Source: an uncultured Chloroflexia bacterium (GTDB lineage: Bacteria; Chloroflexota; Anaerolineae; Anaerolineales; Anaerolineaceae). From it: DNA of 64,000 nt. Of this stretch, positions 10,311 through 20,875 are shown one piece after another. The stretch is taken from contig CAWHCY010000010.1 in NCBI GenBank assembly GCA_963827895.1, positions 128,355-192,354 on the forward strand, read 5' to 3'. Below the pieces are notes generated by a model. It ran no database searches. It worked only from the letters and a program-made list of their open reading frames with translations, and was not told where the DNA came from. The position numbers and the translations under genes were made by a program. How positions within the stretch are numbered: the stretch's first letter is position 1; each line of letters begins with the position of its first letter.

Positions 10311-10347
10311 TGTAAGTTGGATTGAGGCCTTCGCCTAAAACCCAACT
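10311..10347 (+). repeat. REP-like palindromic unit (type 2: GTARGTTGGAT...AAAYCCAAC)
   Basis: tgtaagttggattgaggccttcgcctaaaacccaacta. Related to the right-hand units at 40291-40326, 40968-41000 and 41811-41847. Confidence 0.65.
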
Positions 10348-10552
10348 ATCGCAAAAAAGCGGTTCCACGTGAGGTATAGGGACTGCCATTCAAAGCAATA
10401 GAGATCGCATTCTCCAGGGAGACGAACTTGTCATGCTGACGACAGGCGATTGCGCAGCAGCCCCCTGGGCAAAACACCACCATTTGCCATAGAAACTCTT
10501 TATTCTGATAAGGGTTACAAAGGTTATCCCACTAACATCCAGTTCTTGTTAT

Positions 10553-10588
10553 TGTCGGGTTTCAGAAAACCAGTCAACCCGACTTACA
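10553..10588 (-). repeat. REP-like palindromic unit (type 1: TGTARGTCGG...AAAYCCGACA), inverted
   Basis: The reverse complement, tgtaagtcgggttgactggttttctgaaacccgaca, resembles tgtaggtcggaaagagcgaagcgaaatccgaca at 40240-40272. Confidence 0.6.
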
Positions 10589-10732
10589 CGGGTTCTGTAG
10601 CTCTGATAATGCGTTGTAAAACTCGATTCTCAAACAAAGTATAAGGTTTGTAGAATGATTTAATGATAATAATCCAACTGATGCATATAATGAATAGTGT
10701 AGACAAGATAATAAAAGAAAGGATAAAAATCC

Positions 10733-11601
10733 ATGAAAAAATCAGATCGCAATTCTTTGATCGTTTTCCCCATTTTGGTACTTATTGGTTTTCTCTTCGC
10801 TCTGGCCGGCAGCCAGGGTGGAACTTCGGTGGCTGGAATCCCCGTGTTCGGGTTGATGGTCGGGTTGGCCTTCCTCATCCAATGGCTGGTCTTCATCCCG
10901 GCTTATTTGCGGCAGACCGAAAAATTCTTCGACCTGACCGGGAGCCTCACGTATATATCCGTGATCACCCTTGCCTTGATCCTGAGTAAGGCATTCGATG
11001 GTAGATCAATTCTTCTATTTGTGCTGGTCATAATCTGGGCAATCCGGTTGGGTGTCTTCCTCTCCGGCCGCGTGAAAAAAGCAGGGAAAGATGACCGGTT
11101 TGATGAGATCAAACCATCCTTCTTCCGTTTCCTGAATGTCTGGAATATCCAGGCATTATGGGTATCATTCACCGTGGCAGCCGCATTGATCGCCATCACC
11201 TCCAATGCATCACAAGGCGCTGGATGTTTTTGCCATCGTCGGTTTCCTTGTCTGGGTGATCGGGTTTGGTATTGAGGTGATGGCAGATGCACAAAAAAGC
11301 CGCTTCAATGCAAATCCGGAAAACAAAGGGAAGTTCATCCAAACCGGATTGTGGTCGCGATCCCGCCATCCCAACTACTTTCGGTGAGATTTTGCTGTGG
11401 GTAGGTATCGCAATTATCACCCTGCCCGTTCTGCAAGGCTGGCAATGGATCGCGCTGATCTCTCCCGTGTTTGTGACCCTGCTTCTCACCCGTGTCAGCG
11501 GAGTTCCCCTGCTGGAAAATAAGTCCGACAAGAAATGGGGCGGTCAGGAAGATTATGAGGCCTATAAAAAGAAAACGCCGGTCTTAATTCCCCGGCTGTG
11601 A
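10733..11601 (+). CDS. DUF1295 / steroid 5-alpha-reductase-like membrane protein, two frameshifts (near 11195-11215 and near 11381)
   Basis: Three overlapping ORFs in three frames join to ...IWAIRLGVFL...KDDRFDEIK...GLWSRSRHPNYF|GEILLWVGIA...VSGVPLLE...YEAYKKKTPVLIP. Confidence 0.75.
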
Positions 11602-11692
11602 CCATGTTTAATATTCAATTTCGTATAACGAAGTAGGTAATCGAAAATATACGATCAATAATATCATGGCATCATAGAACTTTTTTATAGAC

Positions 11693-12127
11693 ATGACCAG
11701 TCTTTATTATGTGACGTTTAGTTTAGTAATTATGCGAGGAGTGAGAATTATCAGCGCAATACGGTCATTATTGTTTGTCGCCCTATTGGGATTGTTTATA
11801 TCCGGATGTGGAGTATCCGCCAAACCTGTATCCACTCTATCAACAGAGTCCATGAAAGGATATGAACTTTACAGTTGGCAGGAAGGCACTCAATGGAATT
11901 TTTCTCTTCTAATAGGGACGAACCGTGAAAAGTCTCTAGAAGAAATCAAATCTGCAGAGAATATTCTGGATTTCGATGCATTGAAGACTGCTCTAGAGAA
12001 AATTCAAGCAGGACAATATATCACCTGGTATATTAAAGAAACACTATCGTTCCCGCCTGATGATATTATCCAGCAAGTTGAACAAATCTGCAAAGACCAA
12101 GGCCTGATTTTGAATATCGCCAAATAA
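11693..12127 (+). CDS. hypothetical lipoprotein
   Basis: Signal peptide with lipobox LFISGC. The likelier start is ATG 11732 (MRGVRIISAIRSLLF...). Confidence 0.5.
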   Translation: MTSLYYVTFSLVIMRGVRIISAIRSLLFVALLGLFISGCGVSAKPVSTLSTESMKGYELYSWQEGTQWNFSLLIGTNREKSLEEIKSAENILDFDALKTALEKIQAGQYITWYIKETLSFPPDDIIQQVEQICKDQGLILNIAK

Positions 12128-12186
12128 TCATCAGTTATTATTGATGGATGATTAACGGATCCGTATCAGGTAAATTTAAACAAAAT

Positions 12187-12216
12187 CGGGAGCATTTCTG
12201 CTCCCGGTTTATTTTT
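12187..12216. terminator. bidirectional rho-independent terminator between convergent genes
   Basis: CGGGAGCA-tttc-TGCTCCCG perfect 8-bp stem with T-rich runs on both strands. It lies between the 11693 gene stop and the pnp stop. Confidence 0.65.
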
Positions 12217-12231
12217 GCAATATTGGGACTA

Positions 12232-14464
12232 TTATCTGCGGTTGAATCCACCGCGATCGCCACCACTACGGTTTCCACCACTTCGGTTTCCACCGCGGTC
12301 ACCACCGGGTCTGCTTCCACCGGGACGACTGCCCCCGCTACCTTTGCGATCTTTTGCCATGGCTTCTTCTGCTGTCCAGCCTTCAAGTACTGCCTGGCGT
12401 GAAAGTCTGATCTTACCGGCCGGGTCAATATCGATCACCATGACGGTGATCTCATCGCCCATATTGACGATATCTTCCACTTTTTCAACCCGTTCTGTAT
12501 CCAACTGGCTGATGTGAACCATGCCATCCATGTTCGGGAGGATTTCCACGAATGCGCCGAAGTCTGCTATGCGCACAACCTTACCGGTATAAATTCGGCC
12601 AATCGTCGGTGTTTCAGTAAGAGCTTCGATACGTTCACGAGCCATTGCTTCACCTTCACCATCGATGGCGGCAATATAGACGGTTCCATCATCGGCAATG
12701 TCGATCTTGGTGTGGGTTTCTTCCTGCAGGCTGCGAATATTCTTCCCACCTGGGCCAATGATCGCACCGATCTTTTCCACAGCCACCTTTAGAATGGTGA
12801 TCCGTGGAGCATGCGGTTTTAACTCTGGTCGATATTCTGCAATGGTATTGATGATCTCACCCAAAATGGCATGCCGGGCTTCCTTGGCCTGTGCCAGAGC
12901 GGTACCCATGATCTCGGTTGTGATACCCTTGATTTTGATATCCATCTGTAGAGCTGTGATCCCAAGTTCTGTACCGGCCACTTTGAAATCCATATCACCC
13001 AGGTGATCTTCCAATCCCTGGATGTCGGTCAATACCTGGAATGTATCGCCTTCCTTAACCAACCCCATCGCCACTCCCGCTACAGGAGCTTTGATCGGAA
13101 CACCGGCATCCATTAATGCGAGGGTCGATCCGCATACTGACGCCATGGAACTTGATCCATTGGAAGCCAGTACTTCTGAAACCAGGCGCAGGGTATATGG
13201 GAAGTCCTTTTCGGCTGGAATGACGGGATATAAGGCCCGTTCAGCCAGTGCACCATGTCCAATTTCGCGCCTACTCTGGCCACGAAGCTGCTTGACTTCG
13301 CCGGTTGAATATGGAGGGAAGTTGTAATGATGAATATATCGTTTTGTATCTTTTGGAGAAAGGGTGTCAATCTCCTGAGCTTCCTTGGGAGTGCCGAGGG
13401 TAAGCATGGTCATGACCTGGGTTTCACCCCGGGTGAATAAACCTGAACCATGAGCGCGCGGACTTGTGCCTACTTCACACCAGATCGGACGAATCTCTTT
13501 CAAACCACGGCCATCCGGTCGCTTGCTTTCATTCAAGATCCGTGAACGGACAATATTCTTGTATGTTTCTTCAAAAGCAGACTTCACTGCACCAGTCAGA
13601 GTCGCATCATCGGCACAAAGTTCTTCAACAACTTTGGCTTCAAGTGCATCAACTGCATCATAGAGTTCAGATTTTTTATGTGGGGCTTCAAGTGCAGCGG
13701 TTAACGGAGCTGTGACTTTTTCAGCTACTTTACGGAATAACTCACCATCCTGAGCTTTGATCTCGATCTGGCGTTTTGGTTTTCCGATCTCAGCAGCCAT
13801 TTTGTCCTGCAAATCGATCAAAGGTAGCAGGGACTTGTGGCCAAATTCCAGCGCCTTGAGCATTTCTGCTTCGGACAATTCCTGGGCGCCGGCTTCAACC
13901 ATTAAGATAGCGTCGCGGGTACCTGCAATGCGCAGGTCAAGTTCGCTTTGGTCGATCTGGGCAAATGTTGGGTTAACAACAAATGCTCCGTTTACTTTGC
14001 CGATCCGGACGGCAGCTACAGGTCCAGCCCATGGCACATCTGAGATCGTCAGTGCTCCGGACGCAGCATTAATGGCTAATATATCCAATGGATGGATCTC
14101 ATCGGCTGAAAGCGTAAACAGGATGACCTGAACTTCGTTCCGCATTTCCTGGTTGAATAACGGGCGTAGCGGACGGTCAGTAAGGCGTCCGGTTAGATAT
14201 GGCATCCTCGCTGGGTCTGCCTTCACGACGGAAGAATGAACCGGGGATCTTTCCGCTGGCATACATTCTCTCTTCGTACTCAACAGTCAATGGGAAGAAA
14301 TCGATTCCTTCCCGCAGACCGCCCATTGTGGCAGCTGCAAATACGATGAAGTCTCCCTGACGGACGGTCATGGATCCACCGGCTTGGGCTGCCAGTTTGC
14401 CGGTTTCAAACGTGATCGTCTGATCACCGACTGTGGCTGAATATTGATGACTTTCTGGTTTCAT
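12232..14464 (-). CDS. pnp: polyribonucleotide nucleotidyltransferase (PNPase), frameshifted near 14194-14200, with a C-terminal RGG-rich tail
   Basis: N-terminal ORF (…[34 protein letters not shown]) continues in another frame ([14 protein letters not shown]…). Two RNase PH domains, KH, S1, then [36 protein letters not shown]. Confidence 0.95.
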
Positions 14465-14518
14465 GGTTCTTTTTCCTTATATGAATATTCCCACCGTGTC
14501 AGGGACTGAAAGCAAGCT

Positions 14519-14540
14519 AGGACAATTTTGCGATTGTCCT
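14519..14540 (-). promoter_or_regulatory. stem-loop in the pnp 5' leader
   Basis: AGGACAAT-tttgcg-ATTGTCCT perfect 8-bp stem, about 55 nt upstream of the pnp start. pnp leaders with processing hairpins are known in other bacteria. Confidence 0.3.
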
Positions 14541-14634
14541 GGCAAAGTTTCAATTCCCAACGCATGGGTTTAGTAGATGTTTCCCGCAAAATTTTTATTG
14601 AGCCTGATTGGCTATCCCGTGAACCGCAAATAAA

Positions 14635-14665
14635 GAGTAGATGGTCAAACTTTCACCATCTACTC
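14635..14665 (-). terminator. rpsO terminator/attenuator hairpin
   Basis: GAGTAGATGGT-caaactttc-ACCATCTACTC, an 11-bp perfect stem just after the rpsO stop, followed on the minus strand by CTTTATTT. Confidence 0.6.
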
Positions 14666-14674
14666 GATTTTCAC

Positions 14675-14947
14675 TTATTTCTTGCGTATGTTCAAGCGTT
14701 CTGTTATGGCGAGGTACCTGGGGTAGTCAGATTTCCGCAAGTAAGCCAGTAATCTGCGCCTGGTTCCCACCAGTATCAACAAACCGCGGCGGGAGCTGTT
14801 ATCCAGTTTGTGTGCCCGTAAATGCTCGGTGAGTTGTGTAATACGCTTGCTCAAAATGGCAATCTGGACTTCCGGACTGCCAGTGTCGCTTTCGTGACGG
14901 TGAAAATCGGTAATGACCTGTGTTTTTACTTCCTTGTTAAGTGGCAT
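14675..14947 (-). CDS. rpsO: 30S ribosomal protein S15
   Basis: [54 protein letters not shown]. Confidence 0.95.
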   Translation of the reverse strand: MPLNKEVKTQVITDFHRHESDTGSPEVQIAILSKRITQLTEHLRAHKLDNSSRRGLLILVGTRRRLLAYLRKSDYPRYLAITERLNIRKK

Positions 14948-15121
14948 GACAATGCTTCTCCTGAATATTATTTTGCAAGTCTCCTGTCCCAAAGCATTTG
15001 CCGTAGGAAGGACTAGTCAATGGCAGAAATTATACCATAAAAAAATGGCTGTTTCTGGGATGCAGACCATTGTGTAATCCTGGTTGTTGGAATGATACAA
15101 ATATTAAGCGGGGAAGACTAT

Positions 15122-15941
15122 CTACTCTGAATCAGACTCTGTCAGGTATCTAAGATCTTTCTGCAGCTCAATGGGAAATAATGACACACTGCGTTTCAGT
15201 AATCGATTGGCAAGCTGGTTTTTTATCTCAGGCTTCAAACTTATGCTTTTTATATAGTAAACAGTTTCTGAACTGGATTTTTTGATCATTACCTGGAGCA
15301 AATGCAGCAGTTCTTGAAGAATAGCACCATCATTGCAATTTGGATTATTCTGGACATTATTTCAAAAGATTTTGGAAGGTAGGATTCACCTTCAACGTCC
15401 AGCGCATCTTCAACCGCATAGATTGCGCTGATCAGGTTGGAAGTACGTCGTGATTCCATCCAATCATTCAGGATATTCTGCCATTCATCATTTGCATATG
15501 TGCGGATCGCCCGGGAACCGACCGCAGATAATTGCCGTAATAAGAGCAGATCATTCGTGCTTTTATACCAGGAATTAAATTGTTCCACAACCGGATCATG
15601 CGGTTTTGCAATTCAAAGCGCCTAGTATGGTTATAGCCAACAATTTCTCTTCAAGACTGGGAGATTTCCATAATTGTATGGCGACTTCCAGACCTTGTTC
15701 CTGGTTGTGAACCCTTACCTGGGCTAAAAGATCCCGTTCGATCTGCCAGATCACTTTTTGCGGAACATGATAGCTTGGGAGTAGCTTTTAATCTGCCCGG
15801 GACGGTCTGAGGGCGGAAAGTCCGGTTGCTGTAATAATTTAATAACTCACGATACATGGGCAGAAAAAGATCCGGACGGGATATTTTTCCTGCCAGGTTT
15901 GCACTCTGAAGCTTCAGTTTATCCAACTCAACAGCAGGCAT
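15122..15941 (-). pseudogene. hypothetical helical-repeat protein fragmented by at least 3 frame changes
   Basis: Collinear pieces in different frames: AVELDKLKLQSANLAGKISRPDLFLPMYRELLNYY.., ..YHVPQKVIWQIERDLLAQVRVHNQEQGLEVAIQLWKSPSLEEKLLAITILG.., ..EQFNSWYKSTNDLLLLRQLSAVGSRAIRTYANDEW.., ..ELLHLLQVMIKKSSSETVYYIKS... Confidence 0.35.
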
Positions 15942-15949
15942 TTTCCAGC

Positions 15950-17383
15950 TTAATACGATTTGGCAAAATATACCTTTTGCTCTGCGTCTTCACCACAAAC
16001 GATGCACTTTCCCTTAGTTACACCCTGTTCAAGTGGGATGCAGCGCGTGGTTGCCTTGGTATCTTCCTTGACTTTGGCTTCACATTCCACTTTCCCGCAC
16101 CAATGTGCAAATGCCCATCCATTTTGAACGATCGTTTTCAAGTCTTCATAATCTTTTGGCTCATGGATGTTTGCATCCCGGAACCTGGTGGCTTTTTCCA
16201 GCATCGCAGCCTGGATTTCAACCAGTAAATCACCAACAACACCAGCCAATCCTTCCTGGCTGACGAATCGCTTTCCATCCCTTCCGGGAATATCGCGCCG
16301 TGCAAGAGCTACAGAGCCTTTTTCTACATCCTTCGGTCCGATCTCCAACCGCAGCGGAACACCCCGCATCTCCCAGTCGTTGAATTTGAAACCCGGTGTA
16401 ACCTCAGTCCGGTCATCCACCTTTATTCGCAGATCAGATAGCATGCTCTTCACCTTTTCCACGACCGGCATAACTTTGCTGCGTTCTTCATCATTCTTAT
16501 AGATTGGAACGATCACCACCTGGATGGGAGCCAGCCGGGGAGGCATTACCAGACCCTGGTCATCACCATGGGTCATGATGATCGCACCAATAAACCGGGT
16601 GCTCAAACCCCAGGACGTTGTCCAGCAGAATTGCTGCTCATTATTTTGATCGAGGAACTGGATCTCAAACGCTTTGGCAAAATTCTGACCAAGGTTATGG
16701 GAGGTTCCGGATTGCAGGGCTTTGGTATCTCCCATCATGGCTTCGATGGTGTAACTGCGTGCTGCACCGGCAAATTTTTCTGTCACACTTTTCATTCCGG
16801 GAATGACGGGAACGGCGCCTTCATTGACAGCAAAATCAGTATATACATCCAGCATGCGGCGAGTTTCTTCCTCGGCTTCTTTCTCTGTGGCATGGGCGGT
16901 ATGGCCTTCCTGCCAGTAAAACTCCAATGTTCGCAGGAATAACCGGGTACGCAATTCCCAGCGGACTACATTGCCCCACTGGTTGATCAACACCGGAAGA
17001 TCCCGGTAGCTCTTGATCCACTTGGAATACATGTATCCGATCACTGTCTCGGATGTGGGGCGAACAACCAGTGGTTCTTCCAACTTTTCACCGCCGCCTA
17101 TGGTTACCACTGCCAGTTCAGGCGCGAAGCCCTCAACATGCTCCTTTTCCTTCTCTAAAAAGCTCATGGGGATGAATAATGGGAAAGCAGCGTTTTGATG
17201 TCCGGTAGCTTTGAACCGTTTATCCAGGGCTTGTTGAATATTCTCCCATAACGCCCAACCATAAGGGCGTACCACCATACAGCCGCGCACTGGAGCATAA
17301 TCTGCCATTTCAGCGCGTTGGATGACCTGGTTGTACCATTCAGAATAATTTTCACTGCGTAAAGGTAATTTCTCTTCTGCCAT
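15950..17383 (-). CDS. proS: proline--tRNA ligase (archaeal/eukaryote-like short type)
   Basis: 477 aa. [38 protein letters not shown], class II motifs, and a C-terminal Zn-type CIPLEQ...GKCIVCG...YFAKSY. Confidence 0.95.
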   Translation of the reverse strand: MAEEKLPLRSENYSEWYNQVIQRAEMADYAPVRGCMVVRPYGWALWENIQQALDKRFKATGHQNAAFPLFIPMSFLEKEKEHVEGFAPELAVVTIGGGEKLEEPLVVRPTSETVIGYMYSKWIKSYRDLPVLINQWGNVVRWELRTRLFLRTLEFYWQEGHTAHATEKEAEEETRRMLDVYTDFAVNEGAVPVIPGMKSVTEKFAGAARSYTIEAMMGDTKALQSGTSHNLGQNFAKAFEIQFLDQNNEQQFCWTTSWGLSTRFIGAIIMTHGDDQGLVMPPRLAPIQVVIVPIYKNDEERSKVMPVVEKVKSMLSDLRIKVDDRTEVTPGFKFNDWEMRGVPLRLEIGPKDVEKGSVALARRDIPGRDGKRFVSQEGLAGVVGDLLVEIQAAMLEKATRFRDANIHEPKDYEDLKTIVQNGWAFAHWCGKVECEAKVKEDTKATTRCIPLEQGVTKGKCIVCGEDAEQKVYFAKSY

Positions 17384-17438
17384 TCTTTATCTCTCAATCA
17401 TGATCTGGAAAATGAATACATTTAATTAATAATTACAA

Positions 17439-17984
17439 TTAGGGAACATTCTCCCAGGACGACAGCATTTCCATGCCTGTCTCGGTTGTATCTGCAAACT
17501 GAAGCCATTTAATATCATGTTCAGGGATATATCCTGCCTGCGCTTTGATGAACTCACCCATCACCGATTTCCATCCACCCCCGATCAGGATCAATGGCTT
17601 CGGCCTTTGCGCGCCAATGAGGAGCTGGTTCCACATCACACTGATCTCTGCCAGTGTGCCGATCCCGCCTGGAAGTGCAAAGGCGCCATCGCATATATCA
17701 ATTAAAGCGCCTAATCGTTGGTGCAAAGTGTCATAATGGATCTCTTCAATTACCCATTCATTAGCACCTGTAGGCCGCATATGTTCCAAATCTCCACAGG
17801 TGATACCGATCACATGTCCGCCGGCTTCGTTTGCACCGCGGCTGACAGCTTCCATTACGCCGATATAGCCGCCGGTCGCGACAGAATGCCCGGTTTCCGC
17901 TAATAACTTGCCTAGCTGGTAGGCTTGCTGGTAAGCTATGCTTCCCGGTTTTGGGCTTGATCCGCCAAATACAGTAATGATCAT
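17439..17984 (-). CDS. LOG family / TIGR00725-like protein
   Basis: ATGGYIGVMEAVSRGA and ALPGGIGTLAEI (PGGxGTxxE) motifs. Confidence 0.85.
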   Translation of the reverse strand: MIITVFGGSSPKPGSIAYQQAYQLGKLLAETGHSVATGGYIGVMEAVSRGANEAGGHVIGITCGDLEHMRPTGANEWVIEEIHYDTLHQRLGALIDICDGAFALPGGIGTLAEISVMWNQLLIGAQRPKPLILIGGGWKSVMGEFIKAQAGYIPEHDIKWLQFADTTETGMEMLSSWENVP

Positions 17985-18167
17985 ACGTTTCCTTCTGTTT
18001 GGATTATCCGATTATACTTTGATTTCTGTCCCCACAGGGTTGTCTTTCTCATTATTCCCCACAATTTGAAGGTATTTCTTCGATAAAAATGCTTGCGAGC
18101 CTGATGAGATATGAACATGTTAAAAAACCCGCAATATTTTTAACCAACACCCTCAAAAGGGAGAGGT

Positions 18168-19182
18168 TCAGTTTTGAATAACCTTAAAACCTACCATTTT
18201 TTTGGAATTTTCATCCCACAGGCGGAGACCTAAAGATTTAATGCTCGAAACCAAGGTGATAGTCGGCGCATCATGCAATTCGGGATTCGTCTTATAACAT
18301 TCCTGCAAATTATAATTAGGTATACGAGGGTTTAAATGGTGTATGTGGTGGTATCCAATGTTTCCGGTAAACCAATTGAGAAAACCTGGTAATTTAAAAT
18401 AGGACGCTCCCTGCCTTGAAGCACTTATGAAATCCCAGTGTTCATCATGCGCCCAGTAAACATTTTCAAATTGGTGTTGTATATAAAACAAATATATCCC
18501 GAATAATCCCGCCAGCCACATGACCGGAATCTGGATTAATACAAATGCTTTCCAACCGAACAATAGAGTTAATCCCGATGCCAAAATAATAAGTGCCAGG
18601 TCGGTTAATAATACACTACGGATTTCCCTCCACCTCGAGCCTGGTGGAGGAATTCTTTGTCTGAGCATGAAAACGAAAATTGGACCTAATCCAAACATTA
18701 CCAACGGATATCTGAAAGAAAGCGTAGGTAGCTTTCGTAATCCAACTGCTCTGTCGATATTCTTCAACTGTCATCGTCATCACATCGCCGACACCTCGCT
18801 TCTCCAAATTACCAACCGTGGCGTGATGTACTGCGTGATCATGCCACCAGGAATCACTGGGGGTAAAAGCGAGGACACCCAGGAAAAAACCAACTATATT
18901 ATTAGCTTTATTGGATTTAAAAAATGAACGATGACCACAGTCATGGAAAATAATAAAAATTCGAATCAAAAAACCTGCTGCTGGAATAATTAGCAATACA
19001 GTTAACCAATAAGAGTACTTTAAACTGAAAATCATCAAAACCCAGATGATCAGGTAAGGCACAAGTGAATTGACTAACTGGATTATGCCACGCTGCATGT
19101 TTGTTTTTTGGTATGGTGAAAGCATTTTTTTGTAATGAGAAATGAGCTGTATTTTAGTTAATCTATCAATCGAATTATTCAT
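18168..19182 (-). CDS. membrane fatty acid desaturase, frameshifted near 18737-18742
   Basis: His boxes HDCGH, HDHAVHH and HHIHH are split over two overlapping ORFs. A GAGGTG RBS precedes the ATG at 19182. Confidence 0.85.
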
Positions 19183-19355
19183 ATTCACCTCATTTATAAG
19201 TATAAAATTTAATGAAATTAACATCAAGTGGGAATTTTTGGATTTTTCGGGAACTATTTCAAAGGGAAAGCGTCAGGTAAATACGTGGAATGCGTAGGTT
19301 AATCTGCGTCTATACTGATGTATAATGGCGTTTATGTGAATTGGGAAGGGATATC

Positions 19356-20147
19356 ATGGCAGAAATCGAAACTACTAATATGGAAACGATACCGGATAGT
19401 ACCAAACCGGAAGTATTCAAATGGCTAGGAGCATTCTGGTTCAAACCGGGAGCGACATTTCTAAAAATAATTGCTGCAGATGGAAAAACCTGGTGGCTGC
19501 CTTTGGTTCTTCTCTCCATCCTTCAATTGGTAAAGAATTTGGTGGAAATCTCTGCCCGTAAAGCTGCGGCTTTAATGGCGACACCTGCATTACCACAGGG
19601 AATGCAATCAATAACTCCGGACCAGCAAGGGCAGATCAATCAAAGCGTAAATTATCAATCGGGAATTTTCTTTACATTTTTCCTACCTTTATTGTTGGGG
19701 CTGGCCGGGATCTGGATCGTTTGGTTGATCCTGAGTTCCATATTACATATTTCGCTCACAATGGGTGGAAGCCGCAGTGGCAGCGGCACTACATTTAATA
19801 TCACTGCCTGGGCATCACTCCCAATCGCATTACGCCTCATCATCCAAATCATCGGTGTCCTGGTTTCACATAGCCTTATCAGCCATCCGGGTTTCTCAGG
19901 GTTCATTACTATCCAGGGGCGGGCAACGCTGATCTTTTCCACCCTGCTTGGAATGGTCGACCTGTTCTTCCTGCTGCAACTGGTATACTTGATCATCGGC
20001 ACTGCCCACCTTGGGGGTGTGACCAAAGGAAAAGCGGTAGCCACCGTTGTGATATCCCTTGGATTAACCATGTTACTATCAGCCATTCCAGCTTTTGTCT
20101 CCTACTCAATATCAGGAATGAATATTACCCGGCCATTCTTCTTCTAA
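19356..20147 (+). CDS. Yip1-domain multi-pass membrane protein
   Basis: 5 TM helices and overall Yip1-like topology. First gene of a co-oriented, tightly spaced four-gene cluster. Confidence 0.55.
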   Translation: MAEIETTNMETIPDSTKPEVFKWLGAFWFKPGATFLKIIAADGKTWWLPLVLLSILQLVKNLVEISARKAAALMATPALPQGMQSITPDQQGQINQSVNYQSGIFFTFFLPLLLGLAGIWIVWLILSSILHISLTMGGSRSGSGTTFNITAWASLPIALRLIIQIIGVLVSHSLISHPGFSGFITIQGRATLIFSTLLGMVDLFFLLQLVYLIIGTAHLGGVTKGKAVATVVISLGLTMLLSAIPAFVSYSISGMNITRPFFF

Positions 20148-20152
20148 ATTTA

Positions 20153-20875
20153 ATGGAATCAAAATTCATTACCACCAATCAATTACGAAAAACTTTTGTG
20201 ATGGGCAATAATAAAGTGAATGCTCTGGCAGGTGTCGATCTATCGATATCTAAAAGCAGTTTCACAGTCGTTATGGGACCTTCCGGTTCAGGAAAAAGCA
20301 CTCTCCTATATCTGGTGGGTGGACTTGATCGTCCGTCATCAGGACGGATTGGCGTCAACGGGATCGAACTCGAAGGAATGGATGAAAATACACTTGCTGT
20401 GTATCGGCGGAAGACCGTTGGTTTTATATTTCAGTCATTCAACCTGGTGGCATCAATGACTGCGTTGGATAACGTTGCGTTTCCAATGCGATTTTCAGGA
20501 ATTTCACGCAAAAAAAGAAAACAAAAAGCGCTCGAAGTGCTTGAACAAGTCGGCCTCAAAGATCGAGCTCACCACCGGCCTACTGAGCTATCAGGTGGCC
20601 AGCAGCAACGGGTGGCAATTGCCCGGGCTCTTGTGAACGACCCCCAACTGATCCTGGCCGATGAACCCACCGGTAACCTGGATACAACCAGCGGATGGGG
20701 AATCATGCAATTAATGTCCAATTTACACAAACTGGGTAAAACTGTGCTGGTCGTTACACATGACCCAAGGATGACCAAATTTTCAACGCATCAAATTTAT
20801 TTACTTGACGGCAATGTGGTCGATGAAACCGCGTACACCGCCAGTCAAATTGCAGCACAACCGGAGTCAGTATGA
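20153..20875 (+). CDS. ABC transporter ATP-binding protein (MacB/LolD-like)
   Basis: Walker [10 protein letters not shown], signature [15 protein letters not shown], Walker [14 protein letters not shown]-loop VTHD. Confidence 0.92.
   Translation: MESKFITTNQLRKTFVMGNNKVNALAGVDLSISKSSFTVVMGPSGSGKSTLLYLVGGLDRPSSGRIGVNGIELEGMDENTLAVYRRKTVGFIFQSFNLVASMTALDNVAFPMRFSGISRKKRKQKALEVLEQVGLKDRAHHRPTELSGGQQQRVAIARALVNDPQLILADEPTGNLDTTSGWGIMQLMSNLHKLGKTVLVVTHDPRMTKFSTHQIYLLDGNVVDETAYTASQIAAQPESV

Noticed and set aside
10450-10644. 64-aa ORF between the REP units
   Set aside because: It spans REP sequence, has no RBS, and uses an alternative start codon. Most likely non-coding.
12148-12517. Plus-strand ORFs encoding T/S/A- or P/R-rich repeats
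   Set aside because: They are antisense to the RGG tail and S1 domain of pnp. Low-complexity artefacts.
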